A stretch of DNA of 57,168 nt, taken from positions 1 through 57,168 of IMG/VR virus record IMGVR_UViG_3300021976_000017; one strand, written 5' to 3'. Shown piece by piece: positions 26,764 to 35,534 of this stretch (the stretch's first letter is position 1; every line of letters starts with the position of its first letter). Position numbers and translations under genes: made by a program. The stretch is from a virus. Its lineage: Duplodnaviria > Caudoviricetes. Below the pieces are notes generated by a model. That model did not search any database. It saw only the letters and a list, made by a program, of their open reading frames with translations, and was not told the origin of the DNA.

Positions 26764-26792
26764 ACTGTATCGGGTTACAGCCAGTGTCGCAA
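26764..26792 (-). promoter_or_regulatory. SigA-like promoter for the Y RNA-Ro60 operon
   Basis: TTGCGA-17 bp-TACAGT, about 10 nt upstream of the first RNA. Confidence 0.7.
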
Positions 26793-26826
26793 AGGCGGTT
26801 ACCGTCGCGCGCAATTCGCGCGTAAT

Positions 26827-28740
26827 TCAGCCGGCCAACTCGGCAGGGTCCTCCGTCGCCGACCACACACCGTGCCGGACCTGCACCGCGAGGCCGTCCT
26901 GTTCGAGGCGTCGCAGCGTGGACGACACAGTCGGCAGCGGCGCCCCGACCCGCTCAGCCAACGCGCCGGTGCGGATCTGGGCATGCTCACGGAGCTGGGC
27001 GAGGATCGCGTCGCGGGTCGACCGTGCGACGTCATCGACGGGGGCGAGCTCGATGACGGCCGCTGGTTCCCGTTCGTCGTCGTCGCGGCGGGCCCGCCAG
27101 TTCGCGTAGTCCTCGCCGGCGTCCTCAGCTGCCGCAGCGTCGAGCGTCACCGAAGGCGCCGGGCAAGTCGCCCAGTAGTACGGGTCCTCGACATACTGCC
27201 CACGCATCGGCGACACCCGGCCACCGGCCGACGCGACATACCCCAGCCCGGCCGTCGACGAGCCGTCGGGCCACTGCTCAGGCAGGTTCACCGGGTCCAC
27301 CGGCAGATCCTTCGGCATGCCCATCTTCCCCGACAGCCGGTCCGACGTGCGGAACATGACGATGTTCATCGACGACACCATCGACCGGATCGTGACGTTC
27401 CCGCCGAGCTCCCCCACCGACGGGACCTGCGCGACGACGTCGACGGACACACCGAGTTTGCGGCCCTTCTTCGCGATCAGGGCGATGATCCCCACGCAGT
27501 CGGGGTCGTTCATCACGTCGGGGGATTCGTCGATCACGATCGTCAGCTGCGGCTCGGCCGGGGTCGGGTCGAAAGCGGCGAGGCCGCGCCGCTGCCGGCC
27601 CTGCTCGTCGGTCCACACGCGTCGGGCGCGGCGCTTCTTCCGCCCGTTCATGACCCGTTCAGCGGCCTGCAGCATGCGGCGGATCTCCGGCACCGACGGC
27701 GCGAACCAGTCGGCGGCGTCCTGCCAGTCGGGGACGGAGACGCCTTCCTCCGGGTCGGCGAGCCACAGCACGACGACACCGGAGTGGCGGATCTCGGTGC
27801 ACAGCAGGTTGATGAATGTCGACTTCCCGGAGCCGGTGGTGCCGGCGATCAGCCCGTGGCAGGCGCCCGAACCGGGGGTGAACAGCCGCCAATAGGCGGT
27901 GGTGCCGTCGGCGTAGACGCCGATCGGGAATTGCCCGGTGGCCAGGTCGAGTTGCGGGCCGGTGAACGTCTGCGTCGTCTGCAGAGGATTGCGGGTCAGC
28001 ACGAGCAGCCGCGCCCGGTGCGCCTCCCCGGTGGCCGGCGCTTCGATCACGACCGACGTGCCCGGTACGCCGTAGGCGGAGGCGATGCGGCCGGCGGCGC
28101 TGATGGCCTCGATCGTGGTCTGCTTGCCGCCGACCAGCGCGATCGACGCGGACCATCCGGTGGGCATCGGCGCGACGTCGTAGAGCCGTGACCCGGGCAG
28201 TGCCCCGCCCTGGCCGGCTACCCGCTGCGCCCACACCTCGAACCGGTCGTCGTCGTCGGGGATCTGCGCGCGGATCCGGTGATGCCACCACCACGGCACC
28301 GCGGCGGCGACGAACAGGGCGGCGAGCCAGCCGGGCATCGGCGGGCCGAACCCGATGATCGCGGTGGCCTGCAGCCATCCGAAGCCGGCGAGGAACACGC
28401 CGGCGGCGTAGACCCGCTCGGCCGTCCTCCAGCCACGCCGGTGGGCACGCCACCAGGTGAGCAGCCCGAGCGGCAACGCGAACAGTGCGACGGTGTTCGC
28501 GCCGTGGGGGCTGACCGCGAACACGACACCCGCGATGTACAGCAGCAGCGCGGCGACGAACGGGGCTAGCGGCCGGCGGCGGGCGAAGGAATGCCGGGCG
28601 ACCGCGCGGCTGGCCCGCCACGTCACCCGGGCGGCGCCCCGCTTCCGGCCCGGTGTGCGGGTCAGGGCACGGTTCTGGGCGTGCAACGCTCGGCGCACCG
28701 CAGCATCGATGTCCGGGCTGGGGGCTGGCTGGCTGTGCAT
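26827..28740 (-). CDS. TraB-like FtsK/SpoIIIE conjugative DNA translocase
   Basis: N-terminal TM helices, Walker A GTTGSGKS, Walker B IVIDES, KGRKLG, AQVP, C-terminal winged helix. Confidence 0.85.
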   Translation of the reverse strand: MHSQPAPSPDIDAAVRRALHAQNRALTRTPGRKRGAARVTWRASRAVARHSFARRRPLAPFVAALLLYIAGVVFAVSPHGANTVALFALPLGLLTWWRAHRRGWRTAERVYAAGVFLAGFGWLQATAIIGFGPPMPGWLAALFVAAAVPWWWHHRIRAQIPDDDDRFEVWAQRVAGQGGALPGSRLYDVAPMPTGWSASIALVGGKQTTIEAISAAGRIASAYGVPGTSVVIEAPATGEAHRARLLVLTRNPLQTTQTFTGPQLDLATGQFPIGVYADGTTAYWRLFTPGSGACHGLIAGTTGSGKSTFINLLCTEIRHSGVVVLWLADPEEGVSVPDWQDAADWFAPSVPEIRRMLQAAERVMNGRKKRRARRVWTDEQGRQRRGLAAFDPTPAEPQLTIVIDESPDVMNDPDCVGIIALIAKKGRKLGVSVDVVAQVPSVGELGGNVTIRSMVSSMNIVMFRTSDRLSGKMGMPKDLPVDPVNLPEQWPDGSSTAGLGYVASAGGRVSPMRGQYVEDPYYWATCPAPSVTLDAAAAEDAGEDYANWRARRDDDEREPAAVIELAPVDDVARSTRDAILAQLREHAQIRTGALAERVGAPLPTVSSTLRRLEQDGLAVQVRHGVWSATEDPAELAG

Positions 28741-28782
28741 GGTTCCTCCGGCTGATTCACGGCGGGGGGCTGTCGACTAGGC

Positions 28783-28822
28783 CACCGGCGGGGACTGCGG
28801 GGGGATCGGTACCCCGCCGGTG
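28783..28822. terminator. Intergenic inverted repeat upstream of the traB-like gene
   Basis: CACCGGCGGGG / CCCCGCCGGTG. Confidence 0.45.
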
Positions 28823-28839
28823 ACGTACTCGGCAGCCGC

Positions 28840-29694
28840 TCAGGCCTGGTAGAACGACTTGTCGGCTGCGTGCGGGGTAGCGGCGTGCGCCTCCTGCATC
28901 AGGGAATGCCGCGACTGCACACCCTTCAACGCGGTCTCGGCCTGCGCGAGCTGCGCGTCGGCCGCGGACGCCCGCAGGTCGGCGGCCTTGGCCCGCTGCC
29001 CCGCGGTCTCGGACAGGGCACCGACGTCGGCGATCGTCGCCTGGTCGAGGTCGAGCGCCTCCAGTGAGGAGACCATGTTGTCGAAGCGGGTGACGTTCTC
29101 GGCGGCGCGTTTCCTGTCGGCCTGCGCGTCCTCGAGCTCGGAGGCGGCGTCGGTGGCGATGTCGTTGAGTTCACGGAGCAGCTGGTCCATGGTGAGGACT
29201 TCGCCGCCGGTGCTGCTGGTGATGGTGGCCATCGGTTCGGTTCCTTCCGTAGTGGTGGTGTCGATCGGGTCGGTGTACGCCGTGCTGTCCCGGTCCGGTT
29301 CGGGGTCGGTGAGGGTCTCGGTCCCGGCTGGGCGGGACACGGCCGGGACCGAGACGTCTGTGGCCGGCTCGCGCCGGACGTATGGAAGCGGGCCTGTCTT
29401 CTGCTCCGCGAACTGGGCGGCGTCGCGGTGCCGCTGGCGAGCCTCGGCCCACTCCGGCCACTTGCCAGCCAGCCACCGGCCGCCCGCGACGCCGGCAGTG
29501 ACGCCAAGGCTGACGCCGCCGATCACGCCAGCTACGACACCACCGACCAGCCCCGCGGCAACACCGGCCACAACTCCCGCGGCGAGGCCGGCGGCGGCGC
29601 GGAACGGTGCGATCGCGTCCGGTTGCCGCTTCATCCAGCGGGAGATCGCGTACGCGGCCACGGCCACGATCAAAATGCCAATGACTGCTTCCAT
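28840..29694 (-). CDS. Membrane-anchored coiled-coil protein (TraA/Spd-like accessory)
   Basis: Starts MEAVIGIL; Gly-rich TM segments, Pro/Thr linker, helical C-terminus; precedes traB-like gene. Confidence 0.65.
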   Translation of the reverse strand: MEAVIGILIVAVAAYAISRWMKRQPDAIAPFRAAAGLAAGVVAGVAAGLVGGVVAGVIGGVSLGVTAGVAGGRWLAGKWPEWAEARQRHRDAAQFAEQKTGPLPYVRREPATDVSVPAVSRPAGTETLTDPEPDRDSTAYTDPIDTTTTEGTEPMATITSSTGGEVLTMDQLLRELNDIATDAASELEDAQADRKRAAENVTRFDNMVSSLEALDLDQATIADVGALSETAGQRAKAADLRASAADAQLAQAETALKGVQSRHSLMQEAHAATPHAADKSFYQA

Positions 29695-29708
29695 CGGGAT
29701 CAAGCTCC

Positions 29709-30188
29709 TTATGCGAGGCCGAAGGCCTGGCTGATGCCCCACGCAACTACCGCGACAAGGGCTGTGACTGCGGTGTAGGCGGCGTGGCCGAGCGGGCCGG
29801 GAATGGTGCTTACGCTGACCGGGACGAGCACAGCGAGCAGCAGCGTCCAGTTGTCGACCTTGCTGTCCTTCAGCCGCACGATCAGCACGAACGTCGCGAT
29901 GCCGCCGAGCAGCCCGGTTACGGCTGCACCGGTCCATCTGGTCGTCACGTTCGCGGCAGCCTGGTTGGCCCAGTCGACGACCGAGCGGAGCCAAGCGCCG
30001 ACCGGCGTGCCGAGCATTCCGGCCGCACCAGTCATGAGCAGCAGCACGGTCAGCCGTGGGGCGTGGTGGCCTGTGAACCACAGGCTGCCTGCGACGGCCA
30101 GGGCGACCAGGCCGATCAAGGCGGACACGGTGCCGTTCAGGTGCAGGCTGTTCAGGTCGGGTGCCGTGGCAGCGGCCAATTGGATCAT
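29709..30188 (-). CDS. Multi-pass membrane protein (Spd-like)
   Basis: About four to five hydrophobic segments in the transfer operon. Confidence 0.7.
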   Translation of the reverse strand: MIQLAAATAPDLNSLHLNGTVSALIGLVALAVAGSLWFTGHHAPRLTVLLLMTGAAGMLGTPVGAWLRSVVDWANQAAANVTTRWTGAAVTGLLGGIATFVLIVRLKDSKVDNWTLLLAVLVPVSVSTIPGPLGHAAYTAVTALVAVVAWGISQAFGLA

Positions 30189-30532
30189 GATCGTGCTCCT
30201 TCGGGGTGGGTCGCCTCGCGTACGCGTGCGCGCGGGTCACGTCCGCGCGCGCCGCCTGTGTGCGTTGGGGCGGCGAAATTGGCAGTCGGCCGTGCGAAAT
30301 TTGCATGCGAATATGGGTCGGGGGCGAACCCGTCGAGTAGGGCGGTGAGCGCGCGCCACGCAGCCACCTGCTCGTTGGTGGGCAGCTTCCGGATGCGTGT
30401 CCGGACCCCCTGATAGGCGAGGTGGGACTGAGCAGACGGCGTGGTCGCCGCCGCCCTACGCTCAGCCCAGAATTCGGCTTGCCGCTGCGCACGCCGCTGT
30501 GCGCGCTCCTCACCGCGGGTCGGCTTGGTCAT
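30185..30532 (-). CDS. Hypothetical protein in transfer operon
   Basis: Coupled start/stop; GGAGG RBS. Confidence 0.55.
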   Translation of the reverse strand: MTKPTRGEERAQRRAQRQAEFWAERRAAATTPSAQSHLAYQGVRTRIRKLPTNEQVAAWRALTALLDGFAPDPYSHANFARPTANFAAPTHTGGARGRDPRARVREATHPEGARS

Positions 30533-31281
30533 CGCCCCGCCTCCACTGCGGCCGACTGCTCGGCCGCGGTCCACCGGCGGATCAGCTTGCGGCCGTACCC
30601 GTCCTTCGTCCCGCCGACCCGGTCAAGGTCAGCACCGGTCGGGGTCCGTCCGGCGGCCCGTTCCCGGTCGTAGTGCTCGCGCATGGCCCGCTCCGCCCCG
30701 CCGCGGCCGGCCGGGACCAACTCGAGCCGGCGGCCGGGACTGGTCGGCGCCGGGTCCGGTACCGCATGGCGGGCTTCAGGGCGGGACTGCGGCCGGGACT
30801 GCGTGCGGGCCTCGGCCCGGGCCGTCGTCCGGGACCGGTCCGCGCTGACCAGTACCGCTGTGTGCACGACCGCGCCGAGCATCAGCGGCGGGACAGCCGC
30901 GACCGCGACGACGACCCAGGCCCGGGCCGAGGACGGGTCGACATGGTAGACGGCGTTGCCGGCCATCGACGCGGCGATCGCAGCGAGCGCGTTGGCCCTG
31001 GCCCAGTCTCGGGTGCCTTTGCTGGTGCCGGACCGCAGCCACACCCGGGTCGCGGTCGCCGCGTAGGCGTCCACCGCGATCGGGAACAGCCAGGCCAGGC
31101 GCAGCGGGCCGACCTCGCCGCGCACGCCGGCGAGCGCGGCCAGTCCCGCGAGGGCTGCGAACGACATGACCGCGGCCGCTGCGCCGACCACGAGTAGGCC
31201 GGTCGCGGTGGCCCGGTCACCGTTCCGGGACTGACCAGTTCCCCCGCTCGGGGATACCCTTGCGGGCACAGAGGTTTCCAT
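30529..31281 (-). CDS. DUF2637 / SpdA-like membrane protein
   Basis: SF.AL..LA...LAWLFPIAVD, S..GN..H, VAAVPP; C-terminal HTH-like segment. Confidence 0.75.
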   Translation of the reverse strand: METSVPARVSPSGGTGQSRNGDRATATGLLVVGAAAAVMSFAALAGLAALAGVRGEVGPLRLAWLFPIAVDAYAATATRVWLRSGTSKGTRDWARANALAAIAASMAGNAVYHVDPSSARAWVVVAVAAVPPLMLGAVVHTAVLVSADRSRTTARAEARTQSRPQSRPEARHAVPDPAPTSPGRRLELVPAGRGGAERAMREHYDRERAAGRTPTGADLDRVGGTKDGYGRKLIRRWTAAEQSAAVEAGR

Positions 31282-31357
31282 ACCGGCGACGGTAGGTAGC
31301 CGCTGGCGCGGGCGGGACTGACCAGGAGTGCCGCTTTAGTCGAGGAGACGTGACGCG

Positions 31358-32413
31358 GTGGCCGCATCCGGGCGTAAACCACTCACCGGGGGTGAGGCCC
31401 TGTCCGGACGGATCGCCGGAACGGTACTTCAAGCGATCCGGCAGGCCGCCGGACTCACCCAGCCGGACCTCGCCGAGCACGCCGCGACGGGCCTCACCAC
31501 GGTGCAAGGCTGGGAGTCAGGACGCCGCCCGCTGATCAACGTCCGGCACGCGGAACTGGGCCGGCTCCGCAGGCTCCTCCAGACCAGCGGCGCCGACCCT
31601 AAGCTGCTGCGGCTGCTCGACCCCGCGCTCACCGCCGACACCATCCTCGCCGAGATCAGCACCCCCGACCCGGAGCTGCATCCGCTTGCGCTGCTCGTCC
31701 CGGATCGGACGCTCACCGAGTTGCTGGCGTGGCCGATCACCGGGACGCCGCCTCGGCAGCTCCGAGACACCCGCGCGCATCTACCGGTCGGCGCCGGCGT
31801 ACGGGAGCATCTCGTCGCGCAGCTGCGTGAGCTCGCCGAACGCGCCCCCGCCTCGACGACGGCCGGGGCGATGCTGCGCCGGCAGGCCCAGTTCCTGATC
31901 GCCAGCCACCCCGGGTTCCGGGAATGGGCCACCGACGCGATCCGGGCAGACCTACGCCGCGCCAGCCTCGGCGACTGGTCCGTGCAGTGGCCAGTCGCCC
32001 GCTCGCACGCCGTCTCATCGGCGATCGCCGGCGACCTCGAACCTTTGCACCGCTTCGCCGACGAAGGCCTAGCCACCGAACAGGGAACCGCAGCGAACCT
32101 CACCTACTGGGCGTACTGGGTCGGTGAGATCAGCGGGCAATGGACCAACGACTCCGAGATGCTCCACGACCAGGCTTGGTCCGGTGAGACGCTGCTGCAG
32201 TCGCTCACCGAGGGCATCGTCCACGCGCCGTACCGGGAGCTGTGCGCGCACACCCTGTGGGCGTTGATCCGGGTCAAGCGTGGGCTCGTGGCCGGTCCGG
32301 GCGCGGCAGACAGGATCGGAACAGCGATCGACGCCGCTCTAGCTGACGGTATGGTCCCCGACGCGGCCCGCCGGAAGTTGGAGCAGGTCGACTACCTCGT
32401 GAGGAGCCGCTGA
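31358..32413 (+). CDS. XRE-family regulator with long helical C-terminal domain
   Basis: IRQAAGLTQ.DLAE...TTVQGWESGRRPL; ANL.YWAYW.GE motif. Confidence 0.85.
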   Translation: MAASGRKPLTGGEALSGRIAGTVLQAIRQAAGLTQPDLAEHAATGLTTVQGWESGRRPLINVRHAELGRLRRLLQTSGADPKLLRLLDPALTADTILAEISTPDPELHPLALLVPDRTLTELLAWPITGTPPRQLRDTRAHLPVGAGVREHLVAQLRELAERAPASTTAGAMLRRQAQFLIASHPGFREWATDAIRADLRRASLGDWSVQWPVARSHAVSSAIAGDLEPLHRFADEGLATEQGTAANLTYWAYWVGEISGQWTNDSEMLHDQAWSGETLLQSLTEGIVHAPYRELCAHTLWALIRVKRGLVAGPGAADRIGTAIDAALADGMVPDAARRKLEQVDYLVRSR

Positions 32414-33012
32414 TGGACGACGCCGCGATCATCGGGTTCGCCTACGAAGCCGGCTACCTGAAGCGGCTCCCCCGCGCGGGGTGGCTGCTCGGCGGTGTCC
32501 GTACGCCGGAGAGCGTCGCCGAGCATTCGTTCCGGGTCGGTGTGATCGCGTACGCGCTGGCCGTGCAGGAGGGCGCCAACCCGGACCGTGCCGCGGCTCT
32601 CGGCCTGTTCCATGACCTGCCCGAGACCCGGATCGGTGACGTTCCCTCCGTGGGCCGCGGCTACGTCACGACCACGAAGCCGCACTCGATCATCCTCGAC
32701 CAGGTCGCTGGCCTACCCGACGAGCTGGCCTCGCACATCGTGGCGCTCGTCGACGAGCACGAGTCGGCGAAGACGGCGCAGGCGACCCTCGAGTCGCGGT
32801 GTTCGCGCGACGCGGACAAGCTCGACTGCCTGCTGCAGGCCCGGGAGTACGAAGCCGAGGGCTATCGGCAACTCGGGCCGTGGGTGTCGACGATGGTGTC
32901 CGCGGTGACGACCGAGACCGGTAAGCGGCTCGCGGTCGCGGCGCAGGAGATCCCGTCGAGCGTCTGGTGGGACCGCTTCGCCGCCTCCTACGGCATGACC
33001 CGGGAGGGGTAG
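32413..33012 (+). CDS. HD-domain phosphohydrolase (YfbR/HDDC2-like)
   Basis: LKRLPRAGW, ESVAEHSFR, HDLPETR.GD, DADKLD; TGATG coupling. Confidence 0.9.
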   Translation: MDDAAIIGFAYEAGYLKRLPRAGWLLGGVRTPESVAEHSFRVGVIAYALAVQEGANPDRAAALGLFHDLPETRIGDVPSVGRGYVTTTKPHSIILDQVAGLPDELASHIVALVDEHESAKTAQATLESRCSRDADKLDCLLQAREYEAEGYRQLGPWVSTMVSAVTTETGKRLAVAAQEIPSSVWWDRFAASYGMTREG

Positions 33013-33017
33013 ACAGC

Positions 33018-33266
33018 ATGGCTGCGAAACGCGTGACGCTGCGCCTGTACTGGCGCAAAACCAAGCAGGCCGAGACCGACACGAACATCGACCTGAACGA
33101 CGAGACATACCTGCGGGAGAAGCTCGAGGAGATGGTGCTGGCGAAGCGCGGCACCCTGAAGCTGGATCTGTCGGAGTACTCGATGGTCGTCCACAAACCG
33201 GGTGGCGGAGCGATCCAGCGGCGGGTGTTGGTGCTGCCGTCGGGCGCGACGCAGGTCAAACGCTGA
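33018..33266 (+). CDS. Small hypothetical protein
   Basis: GGAGG RBS; MAAKRVTLRLYW. Confidence 0.6.
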   Translation: MAAKRVTLRLYWRKTKQAETDTNIDLNDETYLREKLEEMVLAKRGTLKLDLSEYSMVVHKPGGGAIQRRVLVLPSGATQVKR

Positions 33267-33300
33267 GCGAGAGTCCTCTGTCTTCTGTTTCCGGGCATGC

Positions 33301-33387
33301 AAAAACCCGCCCCGCTCAACCTGCCCGTGGGGAAACTGTCTCAGTACCGGACTGAGTCAGCTGCGGGTTGGAAGGTTGAGCGGGGCG
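33301..33387 (-). terminator. Extended hairpin with U-tract ending the late operon
   Basis: CGCCCCGCTCAACCT/AGGTTGAGCGGGGCG 15-bp stem, TTTTT on minus strand, between convergent genes. Confidence 0.7.
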
Positions 33388-33408
33388 TAGCTGTTGTTAC
33401 GTCGCGCC

Positions 33409-33720
33409 TCACTTGATGTCGAACGGACCATCAAGACGTAGTGGCAGCACTTCGGGTGAGTCGCCGACCCAAGCCCACAGGTACTGCCCATCGGCAACAG
33501 CGGCGGCGGAGTCGATCAGTTTCTTGATCACCCGTGAAGCCCCTGTGCTACCAGGCTGATCCACGTCAGGTGAGATCGCGCTGGTGCGGTTGGGTGGGGT
33601 GTAGTAGCGCGCCACAGCCACGGTGATCGGGACGGCCGAGATGTCCTGGCCGCTGGTCTCGGTGATCGTGCCGCCCCGGTATTCCTTTTCTCCCAGGGAA
33701 ACCCAGATGGTGTCGGCCAC
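33409..33720 (-). CDS. Small virion-associated protein
   Basis: GGAGGGAG RBS; MADTIWVSLG. Confidence 0.6.
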   Translation of the reverse strand: MADTIWVSLGEKEYRGGTITETSGQDISAVPITVAVARYYTPPNRTSAISPDVDQPGSTGASRVIKKLIDSAAAVADGQYLWAWVGDSPEVLPLRLDGPFDIK

Positions 33721-33734
33721 GTGTATCTCCCTCC

Positions 33735-35522
33735 CTAGTGCGCGATCGGAGTGGTAGCGAACCGGCGGCCGAGCGGCACGGCAGTGACGTTGATGTCGCG
33801 GGTGGTCTGCGCCGAGGTGATCGCCGAGCCGAACAGGTTGAGCGTGCCGGCGCCCATGCCAGCCCCGACGCCAGTCAGCGCCACGGCCAGGCTCAAGGCT
33901 GCCAACGCCGTATCGGGAGCCTTGGCGGCACCACTGGCGGCCAGGGCGAGGGTGGCACCCGAGGTCGCCGTATCGGTCGGCACCGCCTCCATGACCCCGG
34001 AGACCATGACCCCGGAGGCACCCTTGCCGAAGGCCGTGGTGGCGCCAGCGAGGGTCGGGATGATGTGCCCGAGCACCGGCTTGCCGTAGCTGGTGACCGC
34101 AGTCCAGGAAGGGGCGTCGGCGGTGTAGTCCATGCCGAGCAGATCCCAGTTGGCCTGGGTGGAGGCCAGGTTGGGCACGTCGGCTTGGTAGTAGTAGCCC
34201 CAGGTCTTGTATCCGCGAGCGTGGGCTGCGGCGGCGCCCGAGGTGTTGGTGTAGAAGGACTTGCTCACGATGCGGGCCGCGCCACCGGATGCGTCGAGCA
34301 AGTTGTAGAACGCGGTGGAGGACTGGTTGCCCTTGTTGTCGATGAACAGGACGCGGCTGGTCCCGTAGAGCGTCAGGAAGTCGCTCAGCAACATCATCGG
34401 GAAGTTGCCGACCGTGGTGCGCAGCGCCGAGAGCGTCGTCCAGCTCGTGGTGGGGATGTCGAGGTTGGTGCCGAACATGCGCCCGGTGGTCTGGTCGTGG
34501 GAGCCGACCCATTCACCGGTTGAGCATTGCCAGGTGCTGAACTCCAACGCCAACCCGGAATACCAGCCGGCAGCGTGGGCGTAGGCGTCGGCGGTTTCCT
34601 CCACCCAGTCGACTGACCCGCCTCGATGCGCGCAGTACATCGGGGTGGCCGCCATCCACAAGTCCAACGGCGTGGCTTGGCGTGCCGAGATGCTCAGCGA
34701 GGCTGAGGCCGCTGCTTCGGCACCCACGCCAGCGGACGCAACCACGGACAAGGCGCCGGCTGCGGTGGTGCCAGGGGGTTGTGCAGCGCCGGCCAGGTCG
34801 ATCTCGGCAAGCGCGGCACCTGGCGCCTGAGCAACCGAGGAGCCGGTGAGGCTGATTGAGGCGGCGGCGCCGAAGATGGGGTTAAGGGCGAGGATGCCCA
34901 TGACCGCAACCGAGGTCGAGATACCGGTCAGGGTGCGGCTGTAGCTACCGGCGGCCAGATCGGCGCCCGAGTCCTGGATGTATTGGGTGGTCGCGGATTG
35001 AACGAGCAGATTCTCTCGGACGGTGTCGCCTGCGGTGCCGGTGTAGGTCGAGTTGGACTTGTCCGAGGTGCACGAGACGATCCAGCGCGTGCCACTGGTG
35101 GTGATCGAGCTAGTAGCCCGCGCGGTGGTCGTGGTGGCCTGGGCGAGGTAGGCCGACTCGCCACTGACGACCGGCGTAGTCGTGTTGACGCCCGAGTAGG
35201 TCAGGATCGACCCGATGATGCCCAGGTTGTTGTTGGCGGCGGTGGTGAACGTGTAAGCAGTGCCGGGCTCACCGACTCCGACGACGCGGGAGTACTGGTT
35301 GAGGCGCACCGAAGGGCTACCGAGGTCGACCTGGCCGCCGATCAGCGTCCAGCCGGCCGGCGCGGTGATCGCGTTGTCGGCGCTGTTGGTGGCGCTGGTG
35401 GCGGTGATCGTCGCGATGGCCACGTCACCCACGGCAGCCGAGGCCGGCAGCGTGACCGTAACCCCGCTATTGCCGGAGACTGCCGAGTTGTGACCCTCGA
35501 AACCGAAGGCGAGACCGCTCAT
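33735..35522 (-). CDS. Minor tail protein with glycerophosphodiester phosphodiesterase domain
   Basis: AHRGGS..W.EET, HD.T..R, FIDNK; N-terminal beta-rich TAPAGWT domain. Confidence 0.8.
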   Translation of the reverse strand: MSGLAFGFEGHNSAVSGNSGVTVTLPASAAVGDVAIATITATSATNSADNAITAPAGWTLIGGQVDLGSPSVRLNQYSRVVGVGEPGTAYTFTTAANNNLGIIGSILTYSGVNTTTPVVSGESAYLAQATTTTARATSSITTSGTRWIVSCTSDKSNSTYTGTAGDTVRENLLVQSATTQYIQDSGADLAAGSYSRTLTGISTSVAVMGILALNPIFGAAASISLTGSSVAQAPGAALAEIDLAGAAQPPGTTAAGALSVVASAGVGAEAAASASLSISARQATPLDLWMAATPMYCAHRGGSVDWVEETADAYAHAAGWYSGLALEFSTWQCSTGEWVGSHDQTTGRMFGTNLDIPTTSWTTLSALRTTVGNFPMMLLSDFLTLYGTSRVLFIDNKGNQSSTAFYNLLDASGGAARIVSKSFYTNTSGAAAAHARGYKTWGYYYQADVPNLASTQANWDLLGMDYTADAPSWTAVTSYGKPVLGHIIPTLAGATTAFGKGASGVMVSGVMEAVPTDTATSGATLALAASGAAKAPDTALAALSLAVALTGVGAGMGAGTLNLFGSAITSAQTTRDINVTAVPLGRRFATTPIAH

Positions 35523-35534
35523 GGTCTCGCTCGG

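Noticed and set aside
26795-31350. clt locus (8-bp TraB recognition repeats)
   Set aside because: Only scattered short repeats (GCGAAATT near 30273 and 30294, GGGACTGCG) were seen; no clear array identifiable by eye
33320-33365. Hammerhead ribozyme or riboswitch (GAAAC, CTGAG)
   Set aside because: No CUGANGA core and no viable stem III; no convincing aptamer consensus
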